This document shows positions 50,711 through 64,000 of a stretch of DNA of 64,000 nt, in pieces. Location of the stretch: NCBI RefSeq assembly GCF_030144855.1, contig NC_082713.1:163990001-164054000 (forward strand), written 5' to 3'. This DNA comes from Hypanus sabinus (lineage: Eukaryota). The position numbers were made by a program, and so were the translations under genes. Below the pieces are notes generated by a model that did no database searches, had not been told where the DNA came from, and saw only the letters and a list, made by a program, of their open reading frames with translations. The number at the start of each line of letters is the position of its first letter. The first letter of the stretch is position 1.

Positions 50711-52429
50711 GAGGTACTATTCGTCCTAAAGAGATCTTAAAACTTTCCAGTCCCAATGTTCCTACTCCTTTCCTGGGCACAAATACCAATACCCCTCCCT
50801 ACTCATTCCCTACCAAACCTTGGATCTGTATACTACATTGCCATTCTTATTGGCCACCCTTCATATCACCCTCCCGTATTACTCTACAGGTGTTGGGTTT
50901 GTGGGATATGTTTGGTTTGTGAGGCTCAAGAGGTAAAGGTTTTATTTTGGGAGTTTAGGCCAATGCTCATTGCTTATCCAGAAATAAAAATCTTGGTATT
51001 GTGAATATCATTGAAGCTTTTGGAAACATTTTGACATGTATTTAAATCTTTATTCCCTCACATTTTCCTCATCTATATTTTAATGAGTTCAGTCCTAATT
51101 TTCTGATGAAAATCATTTTCATAAATATTAAACTTTCAGAAGAACCAACAATTTGCTTAAAGCAATTTCATCTTGTACATGGTTTAGTCATCATACTGAC
51201 TCAGTATTAATAATGGTATAGCTTCTTCGGTAGTTTTGCAACTTCTGTCATTTGCTTTGTTGGCTTTCAAAGTATCTAGTGCACGTGAAAAGCTAATCAG
51301 AAAGTCTGATACTCAGATATCATGTGGACCAGACTATGGCTTGAAAACTCTTTAATTACTTTTAAATTGTATAGGGAGTCATGACCAAAGAGGACTTGTG
51401 ATCTGACAACAGGACACATTCACTGAAATGGTTTTGCTAACTGAATGTGGAAGCACTTCATGGACAGAAAAGAATTAAAAGTAGAAGTATTTTCATAATT
51501 GACTTTTTAAGCACAGGAATTTTAACTTACTAGACAGATTAGTATGTACACTAAAATGAATCAATAAGCATAATAATTTCATAACCTTGTTTATAATTGA
51601 TGGAAGCAGACATTTTTACTGACTGGTGAGTTATGGTTGGGCTCCTTTCTAATATTGTACTTATTATCAAGAGTTATCATCAAAAATTTCCTGAGGCAAC
51701 TCGTATCTTTCCAAGCACCATTCATAGTACAGAGTGCATTTGTAAAAAGAAATGTTTGTCAAACCTTATTTCTTCCTTTTTAAAGTGTGTTGTGGAGATA
51801 AATGAATCACATCAAATACATTGACACATCCCTTGTTCATGACATTGTCATAGCAACAATTACCTGCAGATTTTCTGAAATTTATTCTTGATGAAAGAAT
51901 GAGACTAACTTTGGCAGAGATTCCCATTTGGTTTGTGCTTTGACTAAAATGATTAGGCCAACGTCACTTTCTGATGATGAATGCAAATTTCCTCAAGTGT
52001 TATCCTTACTGAATCATTGTATACAGTCAGTAGGTTTTAGCACCAAAAGTTGAACGACAAAATGAAAATAAATCCAAAAAGTAGGAAATTTGTATTAAGA
52101 GATTAAAGCATCTTGATTCACCATGAGTAGGTTCATATTATAAGTTTTCTAATGGTTCAATAAGAATGTAAGTAAGCATTATTCTTAAGTAATACGTGCT
52201 TGTATTAAACACGCAGTAACAACTTTATGGTAACTCTTGTGTAGGACACATGGTTATTGAATGGTACTCTTTAGTTACGTGCATTATTAGTAAGCAAGCA
52301 TTGTTACAGATTCATCAATGAAGAATCAAATCATATCTTCAGGCAAGTATTTTTCGAAATACTTCGCACTTAGCTATTACCCTGACCCTATTTTTTTGTG
52401 ATTTCCTCTACTATTTTTAAGATATCTGA

Positions 52430-53715
52430 TAATTGTTTGTACAACATCCTTTGCCAGATGAACAAAATTCATCTTGTCCCCAGTCAGCGATTCCATTGCT
52501 TTCTCTGGCAACCATGTGAAACAAAACCAGATGGTTCACAACCTTGCTGTCTTATTTGACCCCACGTTGAATTTTGGATCTCACCTCCCTGCCATTGTTT
52601 AGATTTCCTATTGTCAATCCTGCAATGTCCCTCAGTTCATCTGCTTCTGAAACCCTCATGCATGCTCTGTTATATATAACTTGGCTAATCCGGTACATTT
52701 CTGACAGGCCAATTCTACAGCCTGTACTTGTGAGCCAGTGTTGGTCCCTAGTTAAGTAGAACCATACTTTAAAAACTTCCATCATTGTTTTCAAATCCTT
52801 TCTGTTTTCACGCCATCCCATCGCAATAATCCCTTATAACCCTTAGTTCTCTGAAATACAGCCTTGTATAGAAACACCAATGCCCTTGAATGGGAAATTC
52901 TACAAAAAGTAGTGGATAAGGTCCAGTCCAACACAGGTACAGCCCTCTCCACCCATTAAGCACATCCACATGAAATGTTGTCGTAAGAAAGCAACATCCA
53001 TCATCAGGGATCCCCACTACCCAGGACAGGCTCTCTTCTCGCTGCTGCCATCAAGAAGAAGGTACAGGAGCCTCAGGACTCACACCAGAAAGTTCAGGAA
53101 TTTATTACCCCTCAACCATTAGGTTCTTAAACCAATGAGGATAACTTCACTCACCCTCACATTACCCCATCATTGAAATAGTCACACAGTTTATGGACTC
53201 ACTTTCAAGGACTCTTCATCTCATGTTCTCGATATTTATTGCTTATTTATTATTATTTATCACCTTTTAAATTTGTACAGTTTGTTGCCTTTTGCGCGCT
53301 GGTTGAACGCCCAAGTTAGTGCAGTCTTTCATTGATTTTACTATGGTTATTATTCTATTATGGATTTATTGAGTATGCCTAAAGGAAAATTAATCTCAGG
53401 GTTGTAAATGGTGACAAGTAAATTTAATTTGAACTTTGACTGCATTCTTCTAATCCCAGTCCATGAAACCACCCCCCCACCACCAAATATAACTGATTTA
53501 CAATGGTCACCATGTCTTAGGCCTCAAGCATTAGAATTTCATCCTAAACCTTTTTGCTTCTGTTGTTCATTTAAGATGTTTCTTAAAATCTAACCTTTTG
53601 ACTAAGCTTTTATTTATCTACCCTAATATTGCTATTTGTAGTTTAGCATTAATCAAGTTGTTTCACAGTGCTCCTGTGAAGCACCCTGAGATATTTTATC
53701 AACACTAAAGAGCCG
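52430..53715 (+). mobile_element. Old L2-like fragment split by a Rex1 3' fragment (~52855-53440)
   Basis: L2-like text (NLAVLFDP, SASETLMHA). The insert reads SIIRDPHYPGQALFSLLPSRRRYRSLRTHT. Confidence 0.55.
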
Positions 53716-53717
53716 CA

Positions 53718-54870
53718 TATACTCAATGGCCTCTTCAATAGGTGTCCTAATAAAGTGACCACTGAGTGAATGCTCATGGTCTTCTGCTGCTGGAAGACCA
53801 TCGGCTTCAAGGTTCGACATGTTGCACATTCAGAGATGCTCTTCTGCACATCACTGTTGTAACATGTGGTTCCTCAGAAGGCTGGCGTCATTCAATGTTT
53901 GTAGTGAGATGCTGAAGATGTTCTATCAGTCAGTTGTGGAGAGTGCCCTCTTCTTTGTGGTGGCGTGCTGGGGAGGCAGCATTAAGAAGAGGGATGCCTC
54001 ACGTCTTAATATGCTGGTAAGGAAGGCGGGCTCTGTCGTGGGCACAGAACTGGAGAGTATGACATCGGTGGCATAGCGGAGGGCGCTGAGTAGGCTACGG
54101 TCAATCATGGAAAACCCTGAACATCCTCTGCACAGCACCATCCAGAGACAGAGAAGCAGCTTCAGCGGCAGGTTGCTGTCAATGCAATGCTCCTCAGACA
54201 GGATGAAGAGATCATTACTCCCCAACGCCATTCGGCTCTACAATTCAACCACCGGGGCAAGACATGCTAAAGTGCCGGGGTTAGGACTGAGCTTAAATTA
54301 CCACTCAATGCACTTTAGTAAACTATTTAAGAACTTTTTAAAAGCTATTTATTAATACTTTTTGGGAGGGTGACTTTAGATGCATATCATATTTATACTG
54401 AGTTAAATACTGTATGTAATCAGTTTTGCTACAGTAAGTGTATGGGACACTGGAAAAATGTTGAATTTCCCCTTGGGGATGAATAAAGTATCTATCTATC
54501 TATCTATCTAAGTTATTGCCATCTTCCTGTCAGCTTGAACTAGTCTCTCATTAACATGGCAATTTCACCTACAGAACTGCTGCTCACAGAATGTCTTTTG
54601 TTTTGTTTTGCACTGTTCTCTGTAAATTCTAGAGACTATTATGGGTGAAAATCACAGTTTCTGAGATACTCGAACGGCCCTATCTGACATTAACAATCAT
54701 ACCACAGTCAAAGTCATAAAGATCTAATTTCTTCCCCATTGTGATGTTTGGTCTGAACAACTGAACCTCTTGACATGTCTTCATGCTTTTATGCATTGAG
54801 TTGCTGCTACTTTAGATACTTACATTAAAGAGCAAGTATACAGCTGTACCTAATAAAGTGGCCACTGAGT
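53718..54870 (-). mobile_element. Tc1-like element (third copy), split by a Rex1 insertion
   Basis: TIR cctaataaagtggccactgagt at ~54849-54870. Double-TIR hairpin at 53718-53768. Body is the reverse complement of 8852-9371. Confidence 0.85.
53871..54510 (+). mobile_element. Young Rex1/Babar 3' fragment with (TATC)n tail
   Basis: LRRLASFNVC..MFYQSVVESALFF...HPLH...PNAIRLYNS with a single stop. CpGs retained. Ends gaataaag(tatc)n. Confidence 0.88.
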
Positions 54871-55584
54871 TGTTGAACAAACCTAGCCAGGCAAGTAGAC
54901 AAATGAATGAAATGTATTTAATTCTTAATCATAGTTGCTAATTAAAGTGTTTTAAAAGCATATTGCTTTACCACTATTTGCAATATGGATCACTAAAGGT
55001 AACTTAATATCAACTTATTCACCACTTTGCCATTATTCATTGTAATGGGCTTTGAGCAGACAATCTGGTCTGGACCATTTCATCATATCTACTGAAACAG
55101 AATATTTGAAGTTAAGTAAAGACAAATGTTGAAGGGAATGATAAAAGTTTGCTTATCAAAGGAAAGCAAATAGCATCAAAGATGTCTATGCAACATTAAA
55201 CAAATATAAAACATTCTTATTTAGTGAAAATCAAGACACAAAAAATCCTGGCACTTAAAATCTAAAATAAAAACAGAAAATACTCAGCAGATTGGGCTGC
55301 ATCTATGGGAAGAGAAACAGAGGTCAAAAGATTCAGATCAAAGACTTTTCATAACTGGGATGGACAAACTACAGTGGGATCAGTCCCTCTGGTAAATTTG
55401 TCTGGTGCATTTTCAGATACCCTCATTCCAAGCATTTCGATCAGTCTATTGATATTGGGAAAAGTAATTGTGGATTATCCATTAGCTTATAAATTAGCAA
55501 CTTATTCAATTCTCTTTGGACCCTTAGAATATGTATTAGTCTGTAATGATCAAGTTCAAGTTTAATTGTCATTCAACCATAGGT

Positions 55585-56295
55585 GGATGGATAGGTAGAC
55601 AGATAGACAAATACTTTGTTGATCCCAGAGGAAACTACAGTGTCACAGTACCATTACAAGTTCGCAGCTATACAATATTAGAAGAGTAGAAAGAAGAATA
55701 AATTACCGCAAGCAGCCTAACAGGAGGGTCATCACTTCCCCTGCTATAGGTTATAGAGCTTCATGGCCGAGGTTAAAAATGGCCTCACATAGCACTCTTT
55801 GGAGCAGTGCAGTTGTCTTAATTTGTTACTGAAAGTGCTCTTCTGTTCAGCCAAGGTGGTATGCAGATGGTGAGAAATATTGTCCAGAATCGCCGAAGTT
55901 TTCCAAAGAGCCTTCTGTTCCACCACAGGCTCCACTGTGTCCATTTTGACTCCTATAACAGAGCCAGCCTTTCTAACACATTACTGAGCCCATTGGAATC
56001 ACCCATGTTGATGCCATTGCCCCAGCACAGCACTGTGTAGAAGATTATACTGATGACAACAGACTGGTAGAACATGTGAAAGAGAGGCTTGCATACTCCA
56101 AAGGACCTCAGTCCCCTCAGGAAGTAGAGGTGACACAGCCTCTGTGTTCGTGATGTGATCAAGTCTGTCGTCCAGGTGCACCCCCAGGTACTTGTAGGTC
56201 CTCGCCACATCAATGTCCTCCCCATCAATGGTAACAGGGTGCAGTTCCGGCTTAGTCTTCCTAAAGTCCATCACCATCTCCTTTGTCTTAGAGAT
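55585..56295 (-). mobile_element. Rex1/Babar 3' fragment of a related (TATC)-tailed family
   Basis: KTKEMVMDFRK, YKYLGVHLDDRL, LYFLRGLRSFGVC..MFYQSVV and SAMKLYN. Confidence 0.8.
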
Positions 56296-57814
56296 GTGAA
56301 TAGCCATATATAAACACCTATAAGTACAGCCAAATGAAACAGCGTTACTCTGGGGCCAAGGTACAAAACATAGTACCACCAGTCGTACACAGCATAAGGC
56401 ACAAATATCATATATAAGATAGTAAGCACATATAGAATAGCTGCAAAATACAATCACAAAAAGATTACAGTCCAAGTCCCTGAGTCTGTCAATGTTGCAG
56501 CACAATACAACTTGATTTCTGCTTAGTGAACATGGGGGTGGGGTTAGGTGGGGCCAGCACCAACCTTAGCTTTGGTGTTGCACCACACTGCTTCCAGTAC
56601 TCTGGTGGAGCTTCAGATCTTGGCTTGAGGCCTAGTTCTCGCTACAACTGAGGCAATACAAGTCCAGCACTGTCTGACCCCACCATTCATCAGTAAACCA
56701 ATGATATCAACTTGCAGCATTCCACACAACCAATGACCGACAGGGTCTCGCAAGCACAAGAAAAGCAATTAAGACGATCACTTGCTGTTGGACTGCGTAC
56801 CTCCATGCACTGATGCCTCTGTTGCAGGCTGTATCACAGTCTTCACCAAGTCTAGCTCCTTCAAGTTCTTTGCAAATGAGGAACTTGTTGATGAGGTAGG
56901 CCTGCAGTACTTCAAGTTCTTAATGTCCAGTGGAGTCTTACGCTTGTAAAGAATATATTTAAAAAAAGACAATAACATCTTTGGATCTTTGGTTGACCCC
57001 ATAGAAGTTGATGCATCTGAGCACGCCGATACGTTACTGTAAAATGTGATTGTTTTGGGATGCCCTCTTTTCTAGTAGATCCATTACCAGAAGTGAAAGG
57101 TAGAGGTTTATTCTTCATGGTTTTAGAGAGAGTGATTAGCTTTATTTGTCACATGTACATCAAAAAATCGTTTTGTGCCAATTCCATTTAAATCAGATCA
57201 GTTTTCAAGTGATACCACTTTATTTTCCAATGCACTTTGCCATCCACCCTATATGAACACAGTAAAAATCTATTTTTTAAAATTTATTTAGAGAGACAAT
57301 GCGAAACAGGCCCTTCTATCACAATGAGTCGTACCACTCAGTAATCCACCTGTTTAATCCTAGCCTAATTATGGGATAATTTATAATGATCAATTAACTT
57401 ACTAACTGGTGCATGTTTGGACTCTGGGTGGAAGCCCATGTGCTTATGGAAAGGGCATACAGGCAGCGTTAGAATTGAACTCCAAACTCCGATGCCCCGA
57501 GCAGTAAGAGAGCGTCACACTAACAGCTACGCTACCTTGGCGTCGATTTTATTATGAGTATAATAAGGATATTCTTGGAGATAATTGTTAGTTTAGTGAG
57601 CAGTCAACTGACACAGCACAGTTGAAAGATGATGCATGCTTTGGTCATTTGCAGTTGTTACTCAGCCTTGAGCTATAGCATTGTTTTTTATCCCCCGCTA
57701 TGCATAGGACTGACCATTGTCCAGACTGAGCAGGGTGATTCACATGCACAGAGATTCTTGCATGTTCTTCATTCTCATAACTGTCCACTGATAACCGCAT
57801 AGTGTTCAGTTCTA

Positions 57815-58110
57815 TTCATTTTCTCTAAACAGAAGAGGGCACAGTTTTAAGCTGCTTGGAAGTAGGTACAGAGGAGATGTCAGGGGTAAGTTTTTTTATG
57901 CAGAGAGTGGCGAGTGCATGGAATGGGCTGCTGGTGACAGTGGTGGAGGTGGATACAATAGGGTCTTTTAAGAGACTCCTGGACAGGTACATGGAGCTCA
58001 GAAAAATAGAGGGCTATGGGTAAACCTAGGTAATTTCTAAAGTAAGAATATGTTTGGCACAGCTTTGTGAGCCAAGGGGCCTGTATTGTGCTGCAGGTTT
58101 TCTATGTTTC
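57815..58110 (+). mobile_element. CR1 3' end
   Basis: ttttatgcagagagtgg...tttaagagactcctggacaggtacatg...ggcctgtattgtgctg..tttctatgtttc. Confidence 0.8.
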
Positions 58111-59899
58111 AAATGCAACTGTCCACAGAGTATGTTGTGAAATCTGGACAACATTTCAGGCATTAGATGACAATAGCTAACAATTATGCCACAATAGTAT
58201 CAGACAATGAGTGTATCTAACAACTTTCAGTAACAGCAATGGGAATCTTGCAAAATGTCACAACCGTGTCACACAAATCCTGACTTGAAACTATCCTTTG
58301 ATACTTGTTCTATCTTTGAACTCCCTCCCCAACTATACAGTATTGTGTGATGTATGACTACCATGAATCACAAATAGCTGCAATGGCTCACAAAGGCAGG
58401 TTATCATATATTCTTGAGGATGGTTAGGAACACTGAGGCTGCCGGTGTCCCTCTCCAATAGTTTTCCATTCCATATCCCTCCACTAGCATGACAGGCAAT
58501 CGTCATATTATGGCCATTCGAGTAATGAAAATTCATATGCACAGAATGCATGAAACACTACTCAGTAGTTAGAGATATGGAATAAAATTAACTCTTAAAA
58601 ATAAGTGAAAAATAGTAAACAAATATACTATATTTCTTGAAGCATGTGCAGATGATGAGGTTTTGTTTCATGGAGAAACAAAATAACTTTTTTAGGAACA
58701 CAACTAATCATCTCCCTTTCAATAACATAGGTGTCACCTCTAATGCATGAGGTGCCATGGTAAAAACATGGTCATCCACACTTTCGGCTGGTCCTATGCA
58801 TTCAAAGGGCACTTGTAGACTACTGGGTAAAATGGTTTGTCTTGGCTAATGGATTCTATAATGATCCTTTCACAGATTTCAAATCCAATTAAAATTCTTG
58901 TAAATATTCCAGGAAATAAAAGAGCATTATAGCCAGGATGGAATTTTGATGTAATGGGTTAGTTTCAGCCCTCACCTTATAACAGTTTCTCACCTCTCCT
59001 TTTCCTCCAATTATGACAAAAAAATCTAGGATCTGTACTATATAGTCTTCTTGAGGTTGTCAATGGGTTTCACATATGCTGCAAAAGGGATTCTTTAATA
59101 CTACTTTATTTCTGTGAAGCAAATTGTAGTAATAGCAGTTTTGTTTTTCAGTGCCAGGAATTGTTTCATGCAATTTCTATTTTAGAGTTTCAATGAGGAG
59201 ATTAGATAGGAGTGGTTCTGATCTATTCACCATGGTATTGAAACATTTTAACAGGCAGTTTAAATTTCTGATGTGTTGAAGCCAACTCTGTAAAATGATG
59301 TTAGATGAATTCTGGCAGCATATATCTCCTTTATTAGTGAAAGTTTACTTAGCTTATTGAAACATATTAGAGGATAATGGAATATTCAGTTTAATTAGCT
59401 ATCCTAATTTTTAACATACCAAAATTCAAGGAAATAGATAATGCTTAACATGATTTGTTAGTTTCTGGGATTACTGTAGATAATCTGAATGGCTACTAAC
59501 CAGTTGCAACCAAGGGTAGTGTCTGCATGTGTGTAGGAATTGTGAGTGAGGAGGTAATTTCATTTTAAACTGTTCAATTCTCTCATCTTGCAGCAGTAAA
59601 CAAACAGTTATAAAGCAGCAAACAACCCTGTATCCAGCCAGGTAATTATCTAAGTTGCCGAAACTGGTTAAATGAAATCTGCTGATTCAATTTGTGGAAC
59701 CTAGAAAAGTATTTGGTGGTAGGAGTTCAAGGATGAATCTGTTTAACAACACTGTTTCTGTTATAGACCCTACTATAGATATAGTAAGTGTGTGAGTAAC
59801 TGGGAAGTGTATCATGATGCAGTAGTGGGGAGTGATCAGTTAAATGGGTATTTCAAATTGTAGGCCAGACATTCTTGACATTGGACAGCAACAATTAAG

Positions 59900-60425
59900 A
59901 CTGCAGGGTCCAGGCTTGTAAATCTAGTTCTGATGGTTCCCTCCCCTTGTTGGGGTTGAAGTAAAGAGGTGGCTGACATTCTAGCCAAGCAATCGCTTAA
60001 AATTAAGGATGTAAATGTAGCGGTGGCTTTGTGTAAAAAGGAGGTGACAGCCATATTTAAAAAGTCTATTTGACCGTTGTGGCAACAAAATTGGGATAAG
60101 GAAAAGAAAGGACGGCATTTGACAAGAAATGGTGCAGCATGTATGGTTTGAATGCAGTTCCTATGAGGTGCAGAGTAAACCTCTATTTGCTAAATTGAGA
60201 TCAGACACAGTTTAACATAGCAAGTTTTTTAGGATATCACTGCCATCATAATGTATATTAGTGTGTATCTGAATTTCTGAAAAGGATTAGGCTTTGATAT
60301 CATGAGTTTATTTGGGGGGGGGGGATTTAGTGGGTATATTTCCTGTTACTTTGCTCCACACTCCGACTGAGTAGGTAACAGTAATGCATCTTGTGTTGGT
60401 CTCCCAACCACCATTAAACTTTACA
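59900..60425 (+). mobile_element. I-group (Nimb-like) LINE fragment with RNase H and 3' end
   Basis: Degenerate WVPS.VGVE...VADILAKQSL...LWQQNWDK. 3' stem text cacactcc..gagtagg..gtaatgca..gttgg..ccaaccaccattaaac. Confidence 0.6.
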
Positions 60426-60429
60426 AGCA

Positions 60430-63240
60430 GAAGAACTTGTGGAACTGGGGGATTTCAGTCTGGATTCTTCTAAGGTAAGGCATGGATTTTCTTTTAGATA
60501 CAGTGTACATAGAGTGTTACCTTTGAGTGAGCAGTCAATTTACTCAATAGTACTGAAATAATATAAACAATTTGAAGCTTACGGGTTTAAACATAGTCAT
60601 GAAAGTAATAATATTTAGATTACTAACTGTTAAATGCAGATAATGTTAGATCAATAACAGCAGAGAACAGAATATGTGGCTCACAGACTGGTGTGGGAGA
60701 AATGAGTTTACATTTATAGGGCATTGGCACCGTTAGTGGGGAAAGAGGAAACTCTTGTGTTGGATTATATCAGAGAAGTTAATAACTAGGGCTGTAGGAA
60801 AGGCTTCCACCCACTTCTTTGGGGTAGGGAGGAGAAGATTCTGGTTTAAGGAAAAGGCTAAGGTAAATGGGTCATGATAACCAATCTAAGGGACAGAGCA
60901 AGCAGCCATGAGAGTGAGCATAACTCCATTTAGTGGAGCAAGGAAAAATGACAAACTAGAATATTCTGTATCTGAATGCATGCTACATTCATATCAGGAT
61001 AGATGAATTTACAGTAGAAGTAGAAATAAATGGGATCTAACAGCTATTATTTAAATATTTGACAGGCTACAAAGTGTCCCAGATTGGGAATTAAATTAAC
61101 CAGGAGGCTTGACATTTAGAAGAGATGGTCTAAAACAAGAAGGGTAGCCCTGATAATAAAAGATGAAATAGGAAGCAAAAAAAAATTGGAAAATTAATTA
61201 GAATGGACCTAAGAAACAGCAGGACAGAAACCATTATTGAGAGTTATATATATACCTCCAAACACTAATGGTAAATGGGGCAAAGTATAAGTCAGAAAAT
61301 CAGTGACATATACAGCAATGGTGTTACAATAATCACGTGTCCTTTAATCTACACAGGGACCAGACAATTATGCTTAGCAGCAATTTATGGAGTGCTTAAG
61401 ATCAGTATGTTGAGGACCAAAACAGAACAGACCATTTTGATCTTGAGTTGCGCAATAATAAAGGGTTAATTAATGACCTGGAAGTTAAGAAGCCTTCAGG
61501 GAAGAGTCATGATGATAATGCAATAGAATTTTATATAAAAATTGAAAGTAATTTAATTCCACTAAAGCCACTGCTGTACATCTCAACAAAGCGAACTCTG
61601 GAGGTATAGGTTGTGGGTTGAATGTGGTAGACTGAGAAATCTTATTAAAAGTAATGGTAGCAAACAAGCAAAGGCTAGCGTTTAAGGAATTAATTGTGTT
61701 GTGTAGAGAAAATAAATAACCCTTATAAGGTTATTTAACCCAGCAGGGAAAAGCTTTGGCTAATTAGTAAAGTTAATGATGATAGTAGATCGAATGCAAA
61801 AGCCTGTAATGTAGCTAAAAGGAGCTGTAAGTTTGGGCATGGGGTGTGTATAAGGGATTGTCAGCAGAGGTCAAGTCAGCAAAGAAGGACCAAGAAATAG
61901 TAAAGAAAAGGAAAGAGAACTGAAAACATGATAAGTATTGAGGGGTATAGAAACTGTAGGAGGTTGTAGAATTAAATATAACTCAGTGAGGAAATAGAGA
62001 AAGCAAGATTAAAGAGAAATTCAAAGCCTTTTATAAGTATATTATGAGCAAGAGGGAACTGGGGAAAGAATAAGGCCCATTAGAGATCACGGAGCCAATA
62101 TCATCAGTGTGGAGCCAGAAGACGTAGATGAGGTCTTAAATTAATACTCTTTATCATGGTTGGAGATTTCAGGGAGACAAGGGGGCAATTCCAGATGTAT
62201 TAGCTTTACAGAAGAGGAGAATTCGGTGTCTTTAACAGGTTTAAATATGGATAAATCTCCAGGGCTTGATATAATATATACTGATGGTGCAATGGAAAGC
62301 AAGAGAGAAAACAGTGCGAGCCCTAACAGGGAACTTTTACATTTTTATTGGTTAGAGTGAGATATGGATACTTTCAAGCTCAGTAAAATGTGGGCAGTTT
62401 TGTTCAAGATCAAAGGGGATACAGTAAACCAGTTAATTACTTGCCTATGGAGTCTAACATTAGTTGTAAGAAAGTTATTGAAAAAGTATCTCCAAGAACA
62501 AGATTAATCTACATTTTGAAAAAATATGGATCAGTCAAAATATTCAGCATGGACTTATTATGGTGCTTGACCTATCTGAACACTGATAGATTTTTTTGAA
62601 GTTAACTGAATCTGTTGATGAGAGTGCATGTTGATGTAGTGTGTCTTGTGTATGGATTTCAGGATTTCAGTGAGACATTTGGTATGTTTGGCATGGTTCC
62701 ATATGTTGGTCCAAATATTCAGAGCTGATAGCATCCAAGGCAAGTTTGCAAATTGTTTACAAAATTAGCTTGATGGTACAAGGTTGCAAGTGTTTTTATG
62801 ATTGGAAATCTGCGAACAGTGCTGCACCACAGAGATGAGTGTTGGTACCTTTAATATTTGCCATATACATTCATGGTATGGATATAAATGTAAAAAAGGA
62901 TGATTTTAAAGTTTCAAGATGACATGAAAATTATGGGTATTATTCACAGTGAGGAGGAGTCTTGGTTTACAGGGAGATCAGTTAATAAAATGAGCAGAAC
63001 AATGACAGCTGGAATTTAATTTTGACAGATATGAAATTTGGGCAATCATTCGAGAATAGGAGGGTCCTAGAGAGTACTGAAGAGCAGAAGGACATTGGTG
63101 AACTAGTCCAAAAGTCCCTGTAGGTGGCAGCACAAGAAGATAATTTGGTGAAGAAAGTGTATGGGACATTAATCTTCATTGAGGTGGGAGGGGTAGACAA
63201 CGTTGAATGCAAAAGCCGGGGTATTATGGTGCAGATTTGT
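60430..63240 (+). mobile_element. Old, heavily degraded CR1 (late ORF1 to RT)
   Basis: YLNACYI, YIPPN, GKSHD, NSKPFYKYI.SKR, MDKSPGLD and NYLPM remnants. Confidence 0.7.
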
Positions 63241-63289
63241 ATCATATATCCATAAGGACTCAGCTATAAGACCTTAAGACATACGATAG

Positions 63290-64000
63290 CAACAGAATTA
63301 GATCATCTGGCACATTGAGTACACTCCATCATTCCATTATGGCTGCTTTGTTATCCCTCTCAACCTGTTCTCTTGCATTTGCCCTTACTAATCAAGAGCT
63401 TATCAACTTCCACTTTAAATATACCCAATGTTTTGTATGTTATGCACTCTTCTAAGTTCCAGAGGGTACAGGCCTAGAGCCATCAAAGGATCCTCATACT
63501 CTTAATTCTGTCATACGCAGAATCATTCTCGTGAACCTCCTCTGGATCCAATCCCATGCCAGCACATCTTTTCTTGGATAAGAGCCGAAAACAGTTTACA
63601 GTACTCCAAGTGCAGTCTGACCAGTGCCTTATAAAGCCTCTGTGTTATACCTTTGCCTTTATGTTCTAGACCTCTCGAAATGGATGATAACATTGTAATT
63701 GCCTCCCTTACTGCTGATTCAACCTGTGAGTTAATCTTTAGGGAACCCTGCACAAGGACCTTTGCACCTTTGATTCTTGAATGTTCTCCCTATTTAGAAA
63801 ATAGTTATCGCCTTTATTCCTTTTACCAAAGTGCATGACCATGCAATTCCCTGCACTATATTCCATCTGTCACTTCTTTGCCAATTTTGCTAATCTAAGT
63901 AATTCTGCAGACAGCCTGCTACTTCAACACTACCTGCCTCTCCACCTTTCTTTGTATCATCCACAAACCTGGCTACTAAACCATCAATTTCATCATTCAG
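63290..64000 (-). mobile_element. CR1 3' part running off the window end
   Basis: ORF 63523 has SLKINSQVESAVREA..ISRGLEHK..LYKALVRLHLEYC. Confidence 0.8.

Noticed and set aside
38900-64000. Further KCNC2 exons (S1-S6)
   Set aside because: No FIAFASLFFILVS- or TTLGYGD-like frame in the ORF track or by eye. The intron extends beyond the window.

Overview
Vertebrate genomic DNA, AT-rich and repeat-dense. The repeat mix (CR1, Rex1/Babar, Penelope-like elements, Tc1 and hAT derivatives, Deu-type SINEs) points to a cartilaginous fish, probably a ray; this is inference. The only host coding sequence I can support is the first coding exon of the Shaw-type potassium channel KCNC2/Kv3.2 (38354-38899, + strand, phase-0 donor) in a CpG island. 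The next ~25 kb is intron and everything upstream appears intergenic. Almost all other ORFs in the track are transposon debris or chance ORFs. Three unexplained signals stand out. (1) A second, intronic CpG-rich promoter-like element (PBX/MEIS decamer, RFX X-box, NRF1-like motif) contains a perfect-Kozak ATG, 20 open codons and a phase-0 GTGAGT donor: a candidate alternative first exon that would give a Kv3.2 lacking its T1 domain. (2) A ~610/650-bp inverted duplication about 22-25 kb upstream has an 88-bp perfectly matched core inside arms that are only ~80% identical. (3) Minimal hammerhead-ribozyme motifs are carried by the Penelope-like repeats. Repeat boundaries are approximate unless a TSD is quoted, and family names come from motif recognition, not database searches.
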